Shown here piece after piece: positions 40,901 to 51,725 of a stretch of 64,000 nucleotides of DNA (position 1 is the first letter of the stretch; each line of letters begins with the position of its first letter). Under the pieces are notes generated by a model. That model saw only the letters and a program-made list of their open reading frames with translations. It was not told where the DNA came from and searched no databases. The stretch comes from Phoronis australis (lineage: Eukaryota > Animalia > Phoronida). The DNA lies in assembly GCA_002633005.1 (NCBI GenBank), contig NMRA01000666.1, forward strand, positions 153,508 to 217,507, given 5' to 3'. A program made the translations under genes and the position numbers.

Positions 40901-43900
40901 GCCACGTTTTACCTCCAATAAGTGAGGAAATTGGGAGACTAATTGCACAGGTCCCACTTGTCAAGGGTAAGAATTGGTACTTAATTACATGTACCTTAGC
41001 TTTGATACGGTCATCAATTAAGATGTTATCCAATTTAAGATCGGCATGAACCAGACGTACGTCGTCGTGCAGATACCGCATGGCTTCTGATACATCAATC
41101 ATCATCTCAACCTGCAAAACGTCGTCACTATATTTCACTTTTGTAGTTACGTATCAGGTCTGTAAGAACATGTTCTCGAATATCAAATACCAATGGTAAC
41201 TGATGAAACTGAGAGCAACGCAAAGCGTTGGCAAGCGTCCTCTTTGGGGCATCACAAAAGGTATGACAGTGGGGAGCTCATTGCACTCATGGAACACAAC
41301 AAGACCAATTATGTAATGATTTTGATCACCCTTAACGTCAAATTAGGCATACTATTTATATCTGGAGAGTTAAATAAATCCAAAAGTCTACTGTCTAATG
41401 TCGTAAATGCATGAACATTAACTCCTAATGCTTGCGTTTCATCTGAGTCAAGCTTCCTTGTCGCAAGCACACCCTAACCGGTCGAGATTGGGCAACTCGA
41501 CCAGTTTGCGCACCACAGAATCTGCCGATTTATATAGAAGACACCATGCTGTTGTAGTTAATCAACGGCACCCCCGGCTGCTGATGTTATCGTTCTTTAT
41601 ATAATTAGACCATCATAAACATACTGGGGGCAACTATAGTATTTTTAAATGTTCGTTTTGAAAATTTGTAAAAGCATGTATGAAAAGTTCGTGAAAAGCA
41701 CAAATGATTCAGTTTGTGAATTTTGAAAGTTGGACAAGGAATGTGACTTTTACAACCCAAAACGTTTGCTTAATGTTGCAACATGTTCCTCGTTAATTTT
41801 GATGGGTGTGCAACATAATTGGGCCAATTACCAAACCACCAGACAGCAGTTGGATTTTAAAGTAAGTCAAGTGTCATCTTGCAATTCTTGGCATGAGTTA
41901 CTCGCGATTACCAGCAGTCAATTGTTGCCATTTGCTTTGAGAGCGATGTCTAGCCTGGAATGGTTTTGTTCCTCGATTTGGCATTACGTACTTCAGAACA
42001 ATCAATGCTAACATTTCAGATGTAGGCTGAAACTTTGTGTTGAACTTGGTAGCCTGAAGTTTGGTGTTCAGTCGATTACTCTTCCAATTGCCGTTAAATC
42101 TGTTCCAGTATTCGACAATACTTCCCAATTTTGAGGCCCATGTCGTTTTTAGTAGTCTGCGCTGTTGTCTACAGTATGCAATTTGGGCTCTCTTGGGACC
42201 GGGAACCAGTCGGCCGTTCAAATTAATATCAACGTTTACTTAATTACAAATAAAACTTCACTGTTTAAAACGGTTATTAAGCCCCTTAGATGACAAAATA
42301 ATTCTCTCAGACTACCAAACGAAATTATCGGTTCATCACTAACGTTTTCAGGTCATCTTACGCGTAGAAAATTTGCTTTTAATTTATGTACCGTCAAAAC
42401 GATTACGTGGTGTTATAACTGAAAGTATACGTCACTGCACGCGTGCCTTTGAGGCGTGCGTTATGGCGAATATGAATCACATTTTGCTAACATGATATGA
42501 TTCTCTTCCGTTTACCAACTCAAGACATTTTTCGAGATCGTAATTTTAGGAGTGGCTAAACTCCATAGTGTTGAAGCGTGTTCTTGATCAGTTGCTGAGG
42601 GTTTCTGTATTCTTGTTGGTAACGGAAATGGAATCCTATCACTGTTAGTGATATTACGAGACTAATTTCCTGAGAGTAAAAAACAAATTTCATTTTTGTT
42701 TTAGCCAGCTAAACAGGGCAATATGCAACTTGAATAGTGAAGCAGCGAATCAGTGAATTGTATAATACCAAACGGAGTTAATTTTTTTTTAAAAAACAAT
42801 ATTGTCTTGTATGGTGCGCATTTGATTGCAATAAGAATTTGACAAGTTGTCTCATAATGCATCCAAATATTTGAGTGCGAATCATTCTGCTAATAGTGAT
42901 GCTTTTGTTCTAACTTTTCAAATTTGATGAAATGAGACTGTAATAACTAATCATTGTCGATCTACCTCAAACACTGAAGGCAGTGAAGCAAGCTGTCGGA
43001 TATACAAAATTAACAAAATAGCAACGGTGATCAATATCCACAGCGAGGGTGAAACGCCACTTCAAGAACACCAGACAATGAGGATATGTCGGGGATTCTG
43101 CAAGAACGCCATGTGCACCGGAAAACGTCTCCAGATACGGGCTAGGTCTATCTCAAAATCACTTCAAGCAGTCTTCAACAATGACGTTAAGCTGTCCAAC
43201 ACAGGATCCTGATCGTATCACATTTGCAGCTGATACAAGAAAACCCAGTGATTATATGTATCCAGTGGCGGATTTAAGGGGTGGGCAAGGGCGCCATGCC
43301 CCCCACCCCTAAAATTTGCCCAGATTCCATTTGGCAGTACGGGAGTGCGAATGTCTGACGGGTAAAATCCTGGCTAATACTGTCCCCCCTAACTCAAAAT
43401 CCTGGATGCTCCCCTGGTATCAAAGGTTCGAAAGCAACATCGATTTCGTTCTTAACTTGATGTTGTTTTGTTCCCGTGAGAGTTTGCAACAATGTAGCTA
43501 TGGCAGGCGTGCACGTGCGTTAAAGGGCGATTGTTTGAGATAGCTTAACAAAGTGACCCATTTAAATTAGTTTGATTTTGATGTAAGTGCAGTGGCGGAT
43601 GTACGGGGGGTTCAGGGGGTTTAAACCCCCCCTCGGGCCAGGACCCAAAAATTTAAAAAAGCGTCTCCAGCAAAACAAAAACGGCACCGCCAGCGTGTGT
43701 AAACCCCAAGTAAAACAACTTGGAAAAATTGACGGGGGGTTCACTCTGAAAATATAGTATTTTGCGTTGTGAATTGCTGAGTCTTTGTGGCTCATCGGCA
43801 AAACGCGCGGGGATTTACTGTGCACGCGCTTCTGTCGACACTTCTGAAGTAGCCAAGCATTTTAGATGGATTCACCGCTGAAAGAGCAGTTCTATAGCTG

Positions 43901-46198
43901 ATTTCTTTAGGTAACTAGCTTCTTTACTCTAAGATATATTTTGATTTGATTAGGGGAAATACTGCGGTGCCGCAACCCTGATATTCAGGCGAATTGACGT
44001 GCAACGTTTTTACCTCATCTGTCATGCCGTGTCATTCTATTACACTCCACACGTTTGTAACTGATGTATAGTAAAGTTGTCTTGCGCAATATCATACAGT
44101 GTACATGTACATGTAATATTGTGTACATGTACATGTACTATTTTTGAAAAAAATTCTTTTTCCGAAGAATTGCTATTGTGGCGGGCGCCGTGGTCAGGTC
44201 GCGAGTCCGTTTGAAGACACACTCTATAACAAGTTTTGTCTATACAAGGAATGACCAAGGGGGCACTCACATTGAGAAAGTGACCGCATTCGCGAAAAGT
44301 GTACAGTANNNNNNNNNNNNNNNNNNNNNNNNNNNNNNNNNNNNNNNNNNNNNNNNNNNNNNNNNNNNNNNNNNNNNNNNNNNNNNNNNNNNNNNNNNNN
44401 NNNNNNNNNNNNNNNNNNNNNNNNNNNNNNNNNNNNNNNNNNNNNNNNNNNNNNNNNNNNNNNNNNNNNNNNNNNNNNNNNNNNNNNNNNNNNNNNNNNN
44501 NNNNNNNNNNNNNNNNNNNNNNNNNNNNNNNNNNNNNNNNNNNNNNNNNNNNNNNNNNNNNNNNNNNNNNNNNNNNNNNNNNNNNNNNNNNNNNNNNNNN
44601 NNNNNNNNNNNNNNNNNNNNNNNNNNNNNNNNNNNNNNNNNNNNNNNNNNNNNNNNNNNNNNNNNNNNNNNNNNNNNNNNNNNNNNNNNNNNNNNNNNNN
44701 NNNNNNNNNNNNNNNNNNNNNNNNNNNNNNNNNNNNNNNNNNNNNNNNNNNNNNNNNNNNNNNNNNNNNNNNNNNNNNNNNNNNNNNNNNNNNNNNNNNN
44801 NNNNNNNNNNNNNNNNNNNNNNNNNNNNNNNNNNNNNNNNNNNNNNNNNNNNNNNNNNNNNNNNNNNNNNNNNNNNNNNNNNNNNNNNNNNNNNNNNNNN
44901 NNNNNNNNNNNNNNNNNNNNNNNNNNNNNNNNNNNNNNNNNNNGTCTTCGTTCTTAAACAACTTGAGGCTGCTGTTACGCGATCATCTGATATTCAAGTT
45001 TTTACGCCCCGTCGGTGCTCCTTAATTATGCTCTTGAATATTTGGAAATTGTATAAACCCCTGTATACACACCACACTTTTTCGTATACGACTTTTCGTA
45101 TGCTAAAAAAGGTGTGTGTGAGCAGATGTTCCAACAAAAATTTTTGCTGGTGGCGTGACTCATACCCAGATGTGCACAATATGGTTTCACGAAACTTATG
45201 TGCCAAGTTCATGTGACGAAATCGAGAAGGATTTTTAATTAAGAAAAACTCCAGAGACATGTTAAGTGCCAGAAACTTACCAGGATGCATGGAAATTTCA
45301 CTATTTGGCTACAAAAACAAAAACATTCTTACCCGCTCGGCGCCACGCGCCTAGGATTCGACCTTGGCGGGTATCCTAAACCCCCCCTTGCTGAAAACGT
45401 AGATCTGCCACTGAAGTGCACATACCTGTATACCAATCGGTATTTGAGAACCCTCCAATTTAGTTTGCATCAGTAAATCCTTGAGAGATCCATACTTCAT
45501 ATACTGCAATACAAGCCCGTACACGTCTTCCAGTATGATGCCATATATCTTGACAATGCCCTTGTGTTCGATCTTACACATCGATCGCGCCTCCTCACAG
45601 GCCAAGATAGCCTGCTTGTGACTGAAATCGTTTTTAAAAGTACGGTGTCAATTTGTCTTTGGGAAATAGAGAATTGGATTCAGGGATTCAATTGGGTTGA
45701 CGTTCTTTCTTGGGATATTGTTCAAGACGGGCAGACAAGTAGGCATATGCAATACTGAGTTCCTTGTGTATGTAACTAGGAACTTCAACTAACCATATAA
45801 AAAACAAATAAATGGTTCCACCACACCATTCATTTTCAAGAATGATGCTGCGTGGGACCCACAAATCCGACTCATTTCCCGAACGCGACACTCGCGTAGG
45901 CCTAAACTATTTTCGTACTACTGTAAATTTTTCATATGATGAAAAGAAACGAAACTCTGTGTTTGCAGAACTATGGATTTGCACTGTTACCGTATCAAAT
46001 CAGCACCTACCATTTTGTATATTTACGCCGATCGATAACCTTTACAGCCACATCCAACCCACGATAGCGACCTTTTATAACAGACCCGTAACCACCTTCA
46101 CCAAGAACGCTTTCCTCAAGAGAAATATCATTCAGTGAAATTTGGGGACACGTCACTTGTTTTTGAATCCTCTGCAGACGTTTATCATCAAATGCCAT
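27412..46198 (-). CDS. RIPK-like Ser/Thr kinase - B-box - coiled coil - NHL fusion protein (846 aa, 8 coding exons), gene-level model
   Basis: complement(join(46011..46198,45426..45621,40995..41111,39286..39446,37896..37945,32815..32973,32418..32506,27412..28992)). All 7 introns are GT-AG with phases 2,0,0,2,1,1,0. Total 2541 nt = 847 codons, with no internal stop. An in-frame TAA lies 2 codons before the ATG (GAA TAA GAC ATG G). Confidence 0.8.
30275..31010. repeat. Purine-rich (A/G) low-complexity tract with degenerate repeats
   Basis: aaattacaaaa(a)ggcgggaaaa and aaaatggcggaaaaa recur; strong strand skew. Confidence 0.8.
32418..32506 (-). CDS. Kinase-TRIM exon 7: post-kinase linker
   Basis: ctgttttag|GA ATG GAA... 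encodes (R)MEHLLHDEYIEKYMHASLEDNTEMDCILQ|GTAAAT. It converts phase 1 to phase 0, which is the phase the TRIM exon needs. Confidence 0.8.
32815..32973 (-). CDS. Kinase-TRIM exon 6: subdomains X-XI
   Basis: tgtattag|GT CTG CAG... encodes (G)LQGIVVENQIKTNG...CEPPIFIQLVSNCLEYRPTNRNSFE A|GTAAGT; C...P..R.SF motif; phase 1/1. Confidence 0.88.
33016..33284. mobile_element. Inverted-repeat-bounded element (MITE-like)
   Basis: Left gttccgccgg.t.aactggctaagaca and right tgtcttagccagttcatccggcggaac form ~40-bp imperfect TIRs. Confidence 0.65.
35592..35819. repeat. Two adjacent long hairpins (palindromic element)
   Basis: First hairpin: arms 35592-35663 and 35683-35756 (~72 bp, few mismatches). Second hairpin: atatcccac..tattccgcgt / acgcggaata..gtgggatat at 35752-35819. 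Confidence 0.9.
37327..37539 (+). mobile_element. MITE, CATGCGCGCACCC family, inserted into another repeat
   Basis: CATGCGCGCACCCAGCC...GTGCGGTCATG. It interrupts repeat 37265-37754, whose uninterrupted homolog lies at 196-495. Confidence 0.75.
37896..37945 (-). CDS. Kinase-TRIM exon 5 (50 nt): subdomain IX
   Basis: ttttattttgcag|C TTT GGA... encodes (S)FGVTLYELMKNELPFK G|GTAATT and completes DVWSFG. Too short to appear in the ORF track. Confidence 0.88.
39286..39446 (-). CDS. Kinase-TRIM exon 4: subdomains VII-IX (DFG, APE)
   Basis: ttgttag|VGDFGVSRL...AGTLAYMAPELL...TPETDVW(S) AG|GTATTC, phase 2. Confidence 0.92.
39526..39658. repeat. Palindromic MITE-like element
   Basis: gggcaatagtctgatatgacgtgccc..ttttgagaaccagttt pairs with aaactggttctcaaaa..ggcacgttatatcagaccattaccc; the right arm has a small internal duplication. 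Confidence 0.8.
40995..41111 (-). CDS. Kinase-TRIM exon 3: subdomains VIa-VIb (catalytic loop HADLKLDN)
   Basis: ttttgcag|VEMMIDVSEAMRYLHDDVRLVHADLKLDNILIDDRIKAK|GTACAT; 117 nt, phase 0/0. Confidence 0.92.
43263..43416 (+). mobile_element. MITE, CAGTGGCGGAT family
   Basis: GTATC|CAGTGGCGGATTT...TGGATGCTCCCCTG|GTATC. Related termini occur at 43590, ~52003 and 27294-27304. Confidence 0.7.
45426..45621 (-). CDS. Kinase-TRIM exon 2: subdomains III-V
   Basis: tttcag|T CAC AAG... encodes HKQAILACEEARSMCKIEHKGIVKIYGII...LVLQYMKYGSLKDLL...GIQ|GTATGT, phase 0. Confidence 0.9.
46011..46198 (-). CDS. Kinase-TRIM exon 1: kinase subdomains I-II
   Basis: MAFDD...LGEGGYGSVIKGRYRGLDVAVKVI contains the Gly loop and VAVK lysine. 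Donor TG|GTAGGT, phase 2. Confidence 0.9.
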
Positions 46199-49184
46199 GT
46201 CTTATTCAATTCTTGTGAGTAATCTTAACCAAAATTTTATAATTTTGAAAACAGTTGCGTCACTTGAAGGAAATTGCTGACTCCAGGTTAGCTTATCAAT
46301 TATCTTCTACACTGTACATCTATAGATGCAGATATGCTATGCAAAATTCATTGCGGCGATCTGATGGTCGGCCAAATAGGTGGTTGGGGCTCTGTTTCTC
46401 ATTGACCTCTCGTCGCTTGTCGCCACACCGTGTCGCTTCTCACATGTAGTTACCACGACGCTGCAACACCAAATTTGTCCATTGGGAAGTGCTGAGTAAC
46501 ATTTTCAGTATTACTTGCTTTCATTGTACTCTTGTGTTGTGGTTGAACCAAATAGTAACACTTGTTGAAAGTGTTACTTCCCCTGGAAACAAAAGTATTA
46601 AACAATTGGCATAAAATGAAAATTATTTTATTAAAAATTTGAGACATAAAATTGACTAATATGGTTAATTTTCTCAATTAATTTCAGTAGTTTTAGGCAT
46701 TGTGTCTACCTTGAAACTTTGTGGTTAAAAATCAGCAGCTTGAAAAATAATCCAGCAACCTAAAATACAAAAAAAACACAGTGACTTCAAAAGAGGCGTG
46801 ATATTTCAATCTGCTCACTAAACGTTTACGTTAAATTCAGACGAAGCAAAGTTTGGTCATAGTTTAGGGGGGCGGAGGGGACTGAGCTTCAACGTTTGGA
46901 CACTCCGATTAGGTTTTACTGTGCCAGACGCCATATTTGGAAATTTGCTGTACTTAATTCGTTGCTATTGTGATTGGAACAAGGGTCCTGGATATCATCC
47001 AGCTGGCGTGGAAAGGTGTGCATGTTTTGCGTTATCCATCAGTGTACTTCATAATGGACGAGTGAAATGCACGCGATCACAAAAAACACGATGGCGTTCT
47101 ATGCACTGCAACCTTGACATCACACTTTCCACTCGTGATTGACATGTTAATGGTGTCCAATTCACTCGTGCTGGTATTCGAATTCACCCATGAAAATACA
47201 GTCTGTAGTATCTGGGGATTCAGGGAACTTAAAGGTTCAGAGCTTTTCGTAAACGTCCATTCCAAATTACGACAGTGTTTTATTTGGACTTTATGAGGTT
47301 AAATATGGTTTGTAAGGCTGTATTCACAGTGGTGCCATTTTGGAAGGAAACTTAGCTATCACCGATGCTGCTGAAAAACATCGGAAAAACACTACGTGAA
47401 AGACCTAATAAATTGAAAATATCGGAGATAAAAGTGGTTTTCTAAGATTACCCCCATCGCAGAATGGATTTCACAACCTTAGCGGTGGCAGCTCAATCCT
47501 TTGGTGGCCTTTTATTTTTAAACGTGTTTAACTGGTAAAGTCACTCCCCTTGATTTCTGCGAATGGCTGGCAGGTAACGGCGTGATCGGTGATTTACAAT
47601 AAAATCCCCAAAACATTTTGGATTTTGTTGCTCTTTAGCTCTGGTCAAATCGTATAACTCCAAGATGTCTATCCATACGACAATAACCCCTAAGTGCGTT
47701 TCTCTGTCGTAAAACCGTTTGTGTCCCTATAACAAAATACATTAACAGAGAATTCCCGATATACAATTGTTCTCGAAGTCTCAGGTAAGTTACTCAGGAG
47801 CTTTCCTTGATTCAGGTTCCAAAAACTCCTTCATCAGTAACTCACGGTTTGGGCACTGCACCATGGGGACCATATGGAGAAGTATTGGTTTTCAACCCTA
47901 CTATGGTTAAGAAAGTGGTAGTTGTGACCTCCATTTTTATCATCGAAGATGCATTATAAAAACAATGCAGTGTTTTCGAGGGCAGCGTCGTGGATCAGTT
48001 TGAGACCCCGTCCGTTTTATAATCTTGTCGAAGCAACCAAGAAGTACAATCTATGTTTTGGACTCGCATTTTTTTTTGTACTGTGTCGTGTCATCTGTTC
48101 TTTATTAGTGGATAGTGTCACGTGTCACGACAGGTGCCATCATCATCCAACCTTTTCATTGGCTATATAGGCCTATATCACGCATATTCAAGTTCCTAAC
48201 AAGCGTCGGTTTTCATCGTCAATTTTTATCTTCTTCCTTTCGTCTTCTTCTTCGTCCCTCATTCTTCTTCTCCATCGTCTTCTTATTGTATCAAATCACT
48301 TCTTCAGATATTCTTAGCAGTACTGACTTGTACAAAGGAGAATTAGAAGGTAATTAATTGGTAATTAAAAAATCTCAAATGCAGGTTTAAACAATGCCTT
48401 TATATTTACACTTATAAGCTGAAATGTTGCGAGGTTTGATGCCATTAAGTCTATGGCTAAAATATTTCTGATAGTCTGTACCTGACCAGAGTTGGAGAAG
48501 GAAGCTGTGATGAGTAACCATTGACATCATGTTTTGCTACGACAGCTTCTCATTGGCGACTTGCTGTAGTTCTCGTGTTGACGGTTTTTAAATGCTTTGA
48601 AAGTGTGGCGGCAGATTTGTGACACTCTTGTAAGTTATTGCTACCATAAGTGGGACACCGAACACGTACTGGCTCACTTTTTAGTACAGCCGTATGGCAC
48701 TGAGTTTAACTTCATTTGTTGAAATGATGATCGTTCCCCTAGCCACTAGGTGGTGCTCCGGATGATACCGCTTCACCAGAACCCTTTAATGTAAGTGTGA
48801 GCCTCAAAACAAAAAATAAATTCAAAGACACGCTTTTTAGAAGTTTTTCACCAACCGCTTTCCTCCGTCGTATCTCTTTAACTTCTGTCGATGATGTTCG
48901 ACTTTCAGAGTTTAAACCCATAAACTTTGCTATGAGTTTGCAATTGTAGCATGTAATCAATACGCAATTAATGTTTTGTGTGAGTACCCTATTTCATAAT
49001 CTACTCAGTACTCGGCGCTGCACTGTGACTACTGAGGCTAGCAGCATTGCGGAGCCCCGGATGCTGATTTTTCAACTTTTATCTGAGGGCTCTTTTATTT
49101 GCTGGAGCCTCGTTGCCAAGCGTGTTTCTTCCTTGGAGGAATTTGAACGTCGTTACGGTTGAATCCAGTGTTGCTTTAATCGGG

Positions 49185-49251
49185 CGGCACCAGTCCCAAT
49201 ACGGCACCAGTATCAATACGGCACCAGTCCCTATACAGCACCAGTCCCAAT
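49185..49251. repeat. Minisatellite, 17 bp x4
   Basis: CGGCACCAGTCCCAATA-like units. Confidence 0.85.
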
Positions 49252-51536
49252 TCAGTTAACTTGTCAACTCTTACGGGTTATCTGTCTTGTGCTCAGGACT
49301 TCAGTTGTAGGACCTCCCTCCAGCTCACTACCATCACAACTACATTACATTTCTGCTATCATTAAACATGATGTCGCCGTAAAATACACACACCATTTGG
49401 GCACAGACAAATTCAACTTTGTCGAACTCTTCCACCCAAGTGGTATCCAGATTCCCACCTGCCGGCAATTCTTTCGTTCTCCACACTAGTGCAGTGTCAT
49501 GAATCAAATTTTATTGAGCTTTTTGATGACCCTGAAGTAGTTGATGGTAACACTGATTCAGTCTGGCCTCAGACAGTGAAAGGTATCACAACTAACACGC
49601 CACCTGTATACCAATACACCTCACTGTTTTGGATGCGTGTTGGAAAAAATAATTTACAATCGATCATTCAATTCTGTATCAATATTTTGGATGGCCCACC
49701 TGAAAATGTATAAGTGATATGAATCTATAAACTATGTTAGCTCAACTTTTTGAGAGGTCCAATGGGCGAAAATTTAAATATTTTTAGGAATTTAGACTTA
49801 TTTTCGTTGTGCGAGTTATAATTTGTACACCGAGACACCGATCTATTTTGCTATGTATCATGTATCTCCAATATTTCAATACTCCTCAAAAGAGAAAATT
49901 ATACTTGCCTGAACATTTGATCTGCATTAAGCGTACACAGGAGAAAATGGAAGTCGCAACAGTCACGACCACATTTCCAAAACAAAACACACTCCCGCTA
50001 CCCCCACAGTTGCCTGTTGACATGTGAACTACACCCTACACTGCCATGAACTATTCTTTTCGTGCTCCTAAGTCTCACTTTCGCATGTTCGACTTCCGGA
50101 CACTGTACGCAGTCTGAAATTTCATCGCGGGTTCTCGCGTGATCGGTAAAGTTCTCGGTAGAGTGAGCAAAGCAATATACGAATTTCATCATGAACAATA
50201 GTTTGGTAATTTAGATACTTTTTGGTGTGTAGATTTATGAAAACATAATTTTAAAATTTAATGAAGCGGTTCCATTATATAAAATATCCGGGACTCAAAA
50301 GACCCTTTTTCAGCAAGGGGTGACTGTTTGGAATTGGGGAATGGCACGTTGAAATAGGGGTATTTAGAAGACAGTTGTACTCCACTGTTCACCTAAAGCA
50401 AGGTAGAGAGTGCGTTTCAAGTTTCCGACAAACAAGTTCTCAACATTCAACGAAACAATCCAACTTCGATTGAATTGCCAATCTTAATTTTCTTTTTAAG
50501 TTAGCAAAAGCAAAGACTATCATCCAAGTGTTGTGTGCGACACCGGAAACGTAACATGAGAGTCCCAAAAGAAACATACAGGTTGTCAAAGTAAACCAAC
50601 ATCCGTCGAATGATTTAGACCACGGAAACGAACATTTTTATTATGTCACTAAATAAGTTCATAAGGTTGATAAAGTACTAATTGATATTTTTTTATTTTT
50701 ACATCCTAGAAAGTATAAAATCTTGACAGTTTCGTCTCCCATCAGCAGCCATCTTCCGAAGTTATTGGCCACTAGGTGGCGTGGTGATGAGGCTGTTCCA
50801 AATNNNNNNNNNNNTCCCCCCCCCCCCCCCCCATCGTCCATAACTGAGCCACATTTTTCTAACCCAAATAGACTCTCTTATCCGTCTGGATCTTAAATTA
50901 TTTTCCGACTCAACAACATGACTACTGAACTCTGAACTCAGGCTTCAACTTTTAAATAAAGCTTCAATACTTGATACTATGTCTTTCATAATTGCTTTGA
51001 ACGGAGTTCAGACATTTTGTGCGAATTCCTATTGCTGTGCAGAATTTCACGCTGACGAATGACTGCCTCAGTTGGCGCGTATTCCACATTCATAACAAGG
51101 GCTACGTTCCTTATTAGTTTAAACATTGGATATCACCAGGTATACTCTCTAGTCGCTAACCCCAATTAAACTTTGAAAATTGCCAAGAGAAATATGAAAG
51201 TCGTCCGTGCTATGTCAGGAAAGTTTCGTGAATCACCATGTTATGAATATTAAACGCCTAAAAGCAATTAGAGGGAGGCCACCATCACTCAGGTGACTTA
51301 GTAGACGCGAAAAAGTTATAAATCATTAATTCTATAAATTATTGTGAAAAAAGTTTTCACGACGATGCAGAGCCGTCTGGTGCTGCTTCTACTGTGGATT
51401 CGCGACTGGCTGGCTCCCGCGAAAACTTTGTCGTCCTCTAGCGTTGTTGAACGGCGACTTAAAGGCCCTAGAGTATAGACCCTATTCACGTCGACAGGAG
51501 GCGCGTTCCAAAACGAGGTTCGCTGCGATAGCTCTG

Positions 51537-51725
51537 ATGGCTTATCCGCGAATTTGTACTCCGCGTTGCTCGAGCAGCTAGAAAAAATACGGGCGCTCAA
51601 CTGTCTGTTTTACAATTCTTAAGGACGTTGGGATTCGGAAGCGTTGGGTCCTTGCCATACGCCGCGACGAAGGAAAATATGTCCGTGTAAAATTTATAAC
51701 TGTTTTCGAATCATAATTTGTCGCA
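51537..51725 (+). pseudogene. THAP zinc-finger relic
   Basis: MAYPRICTPRCSSS*KKYGRSTVCFTILKDVGIRKRWVLAIRRDEGKYVRVKFITVFES*F has the CxxxC and KD..RKRW..AIRRD pattern, with in-frame stops. Confidence 0.7.

Noticed and set aside
44309-44943. Gap in kinase intron 2 hiding a missing exon
   Set aside because: Exons 2 and 3 join in phase with normal subdomain V-VIa spacing, so no exon is needed.
46930-47820. Decayed LINE ORF2 fragments (ETHLGVIV; CFL..RVHF); also WLQGKTSQVVVE at ~1400
   Set aside because: Only isolated short motifs. Plausible, but boundaries and family cannot be supported without a search.
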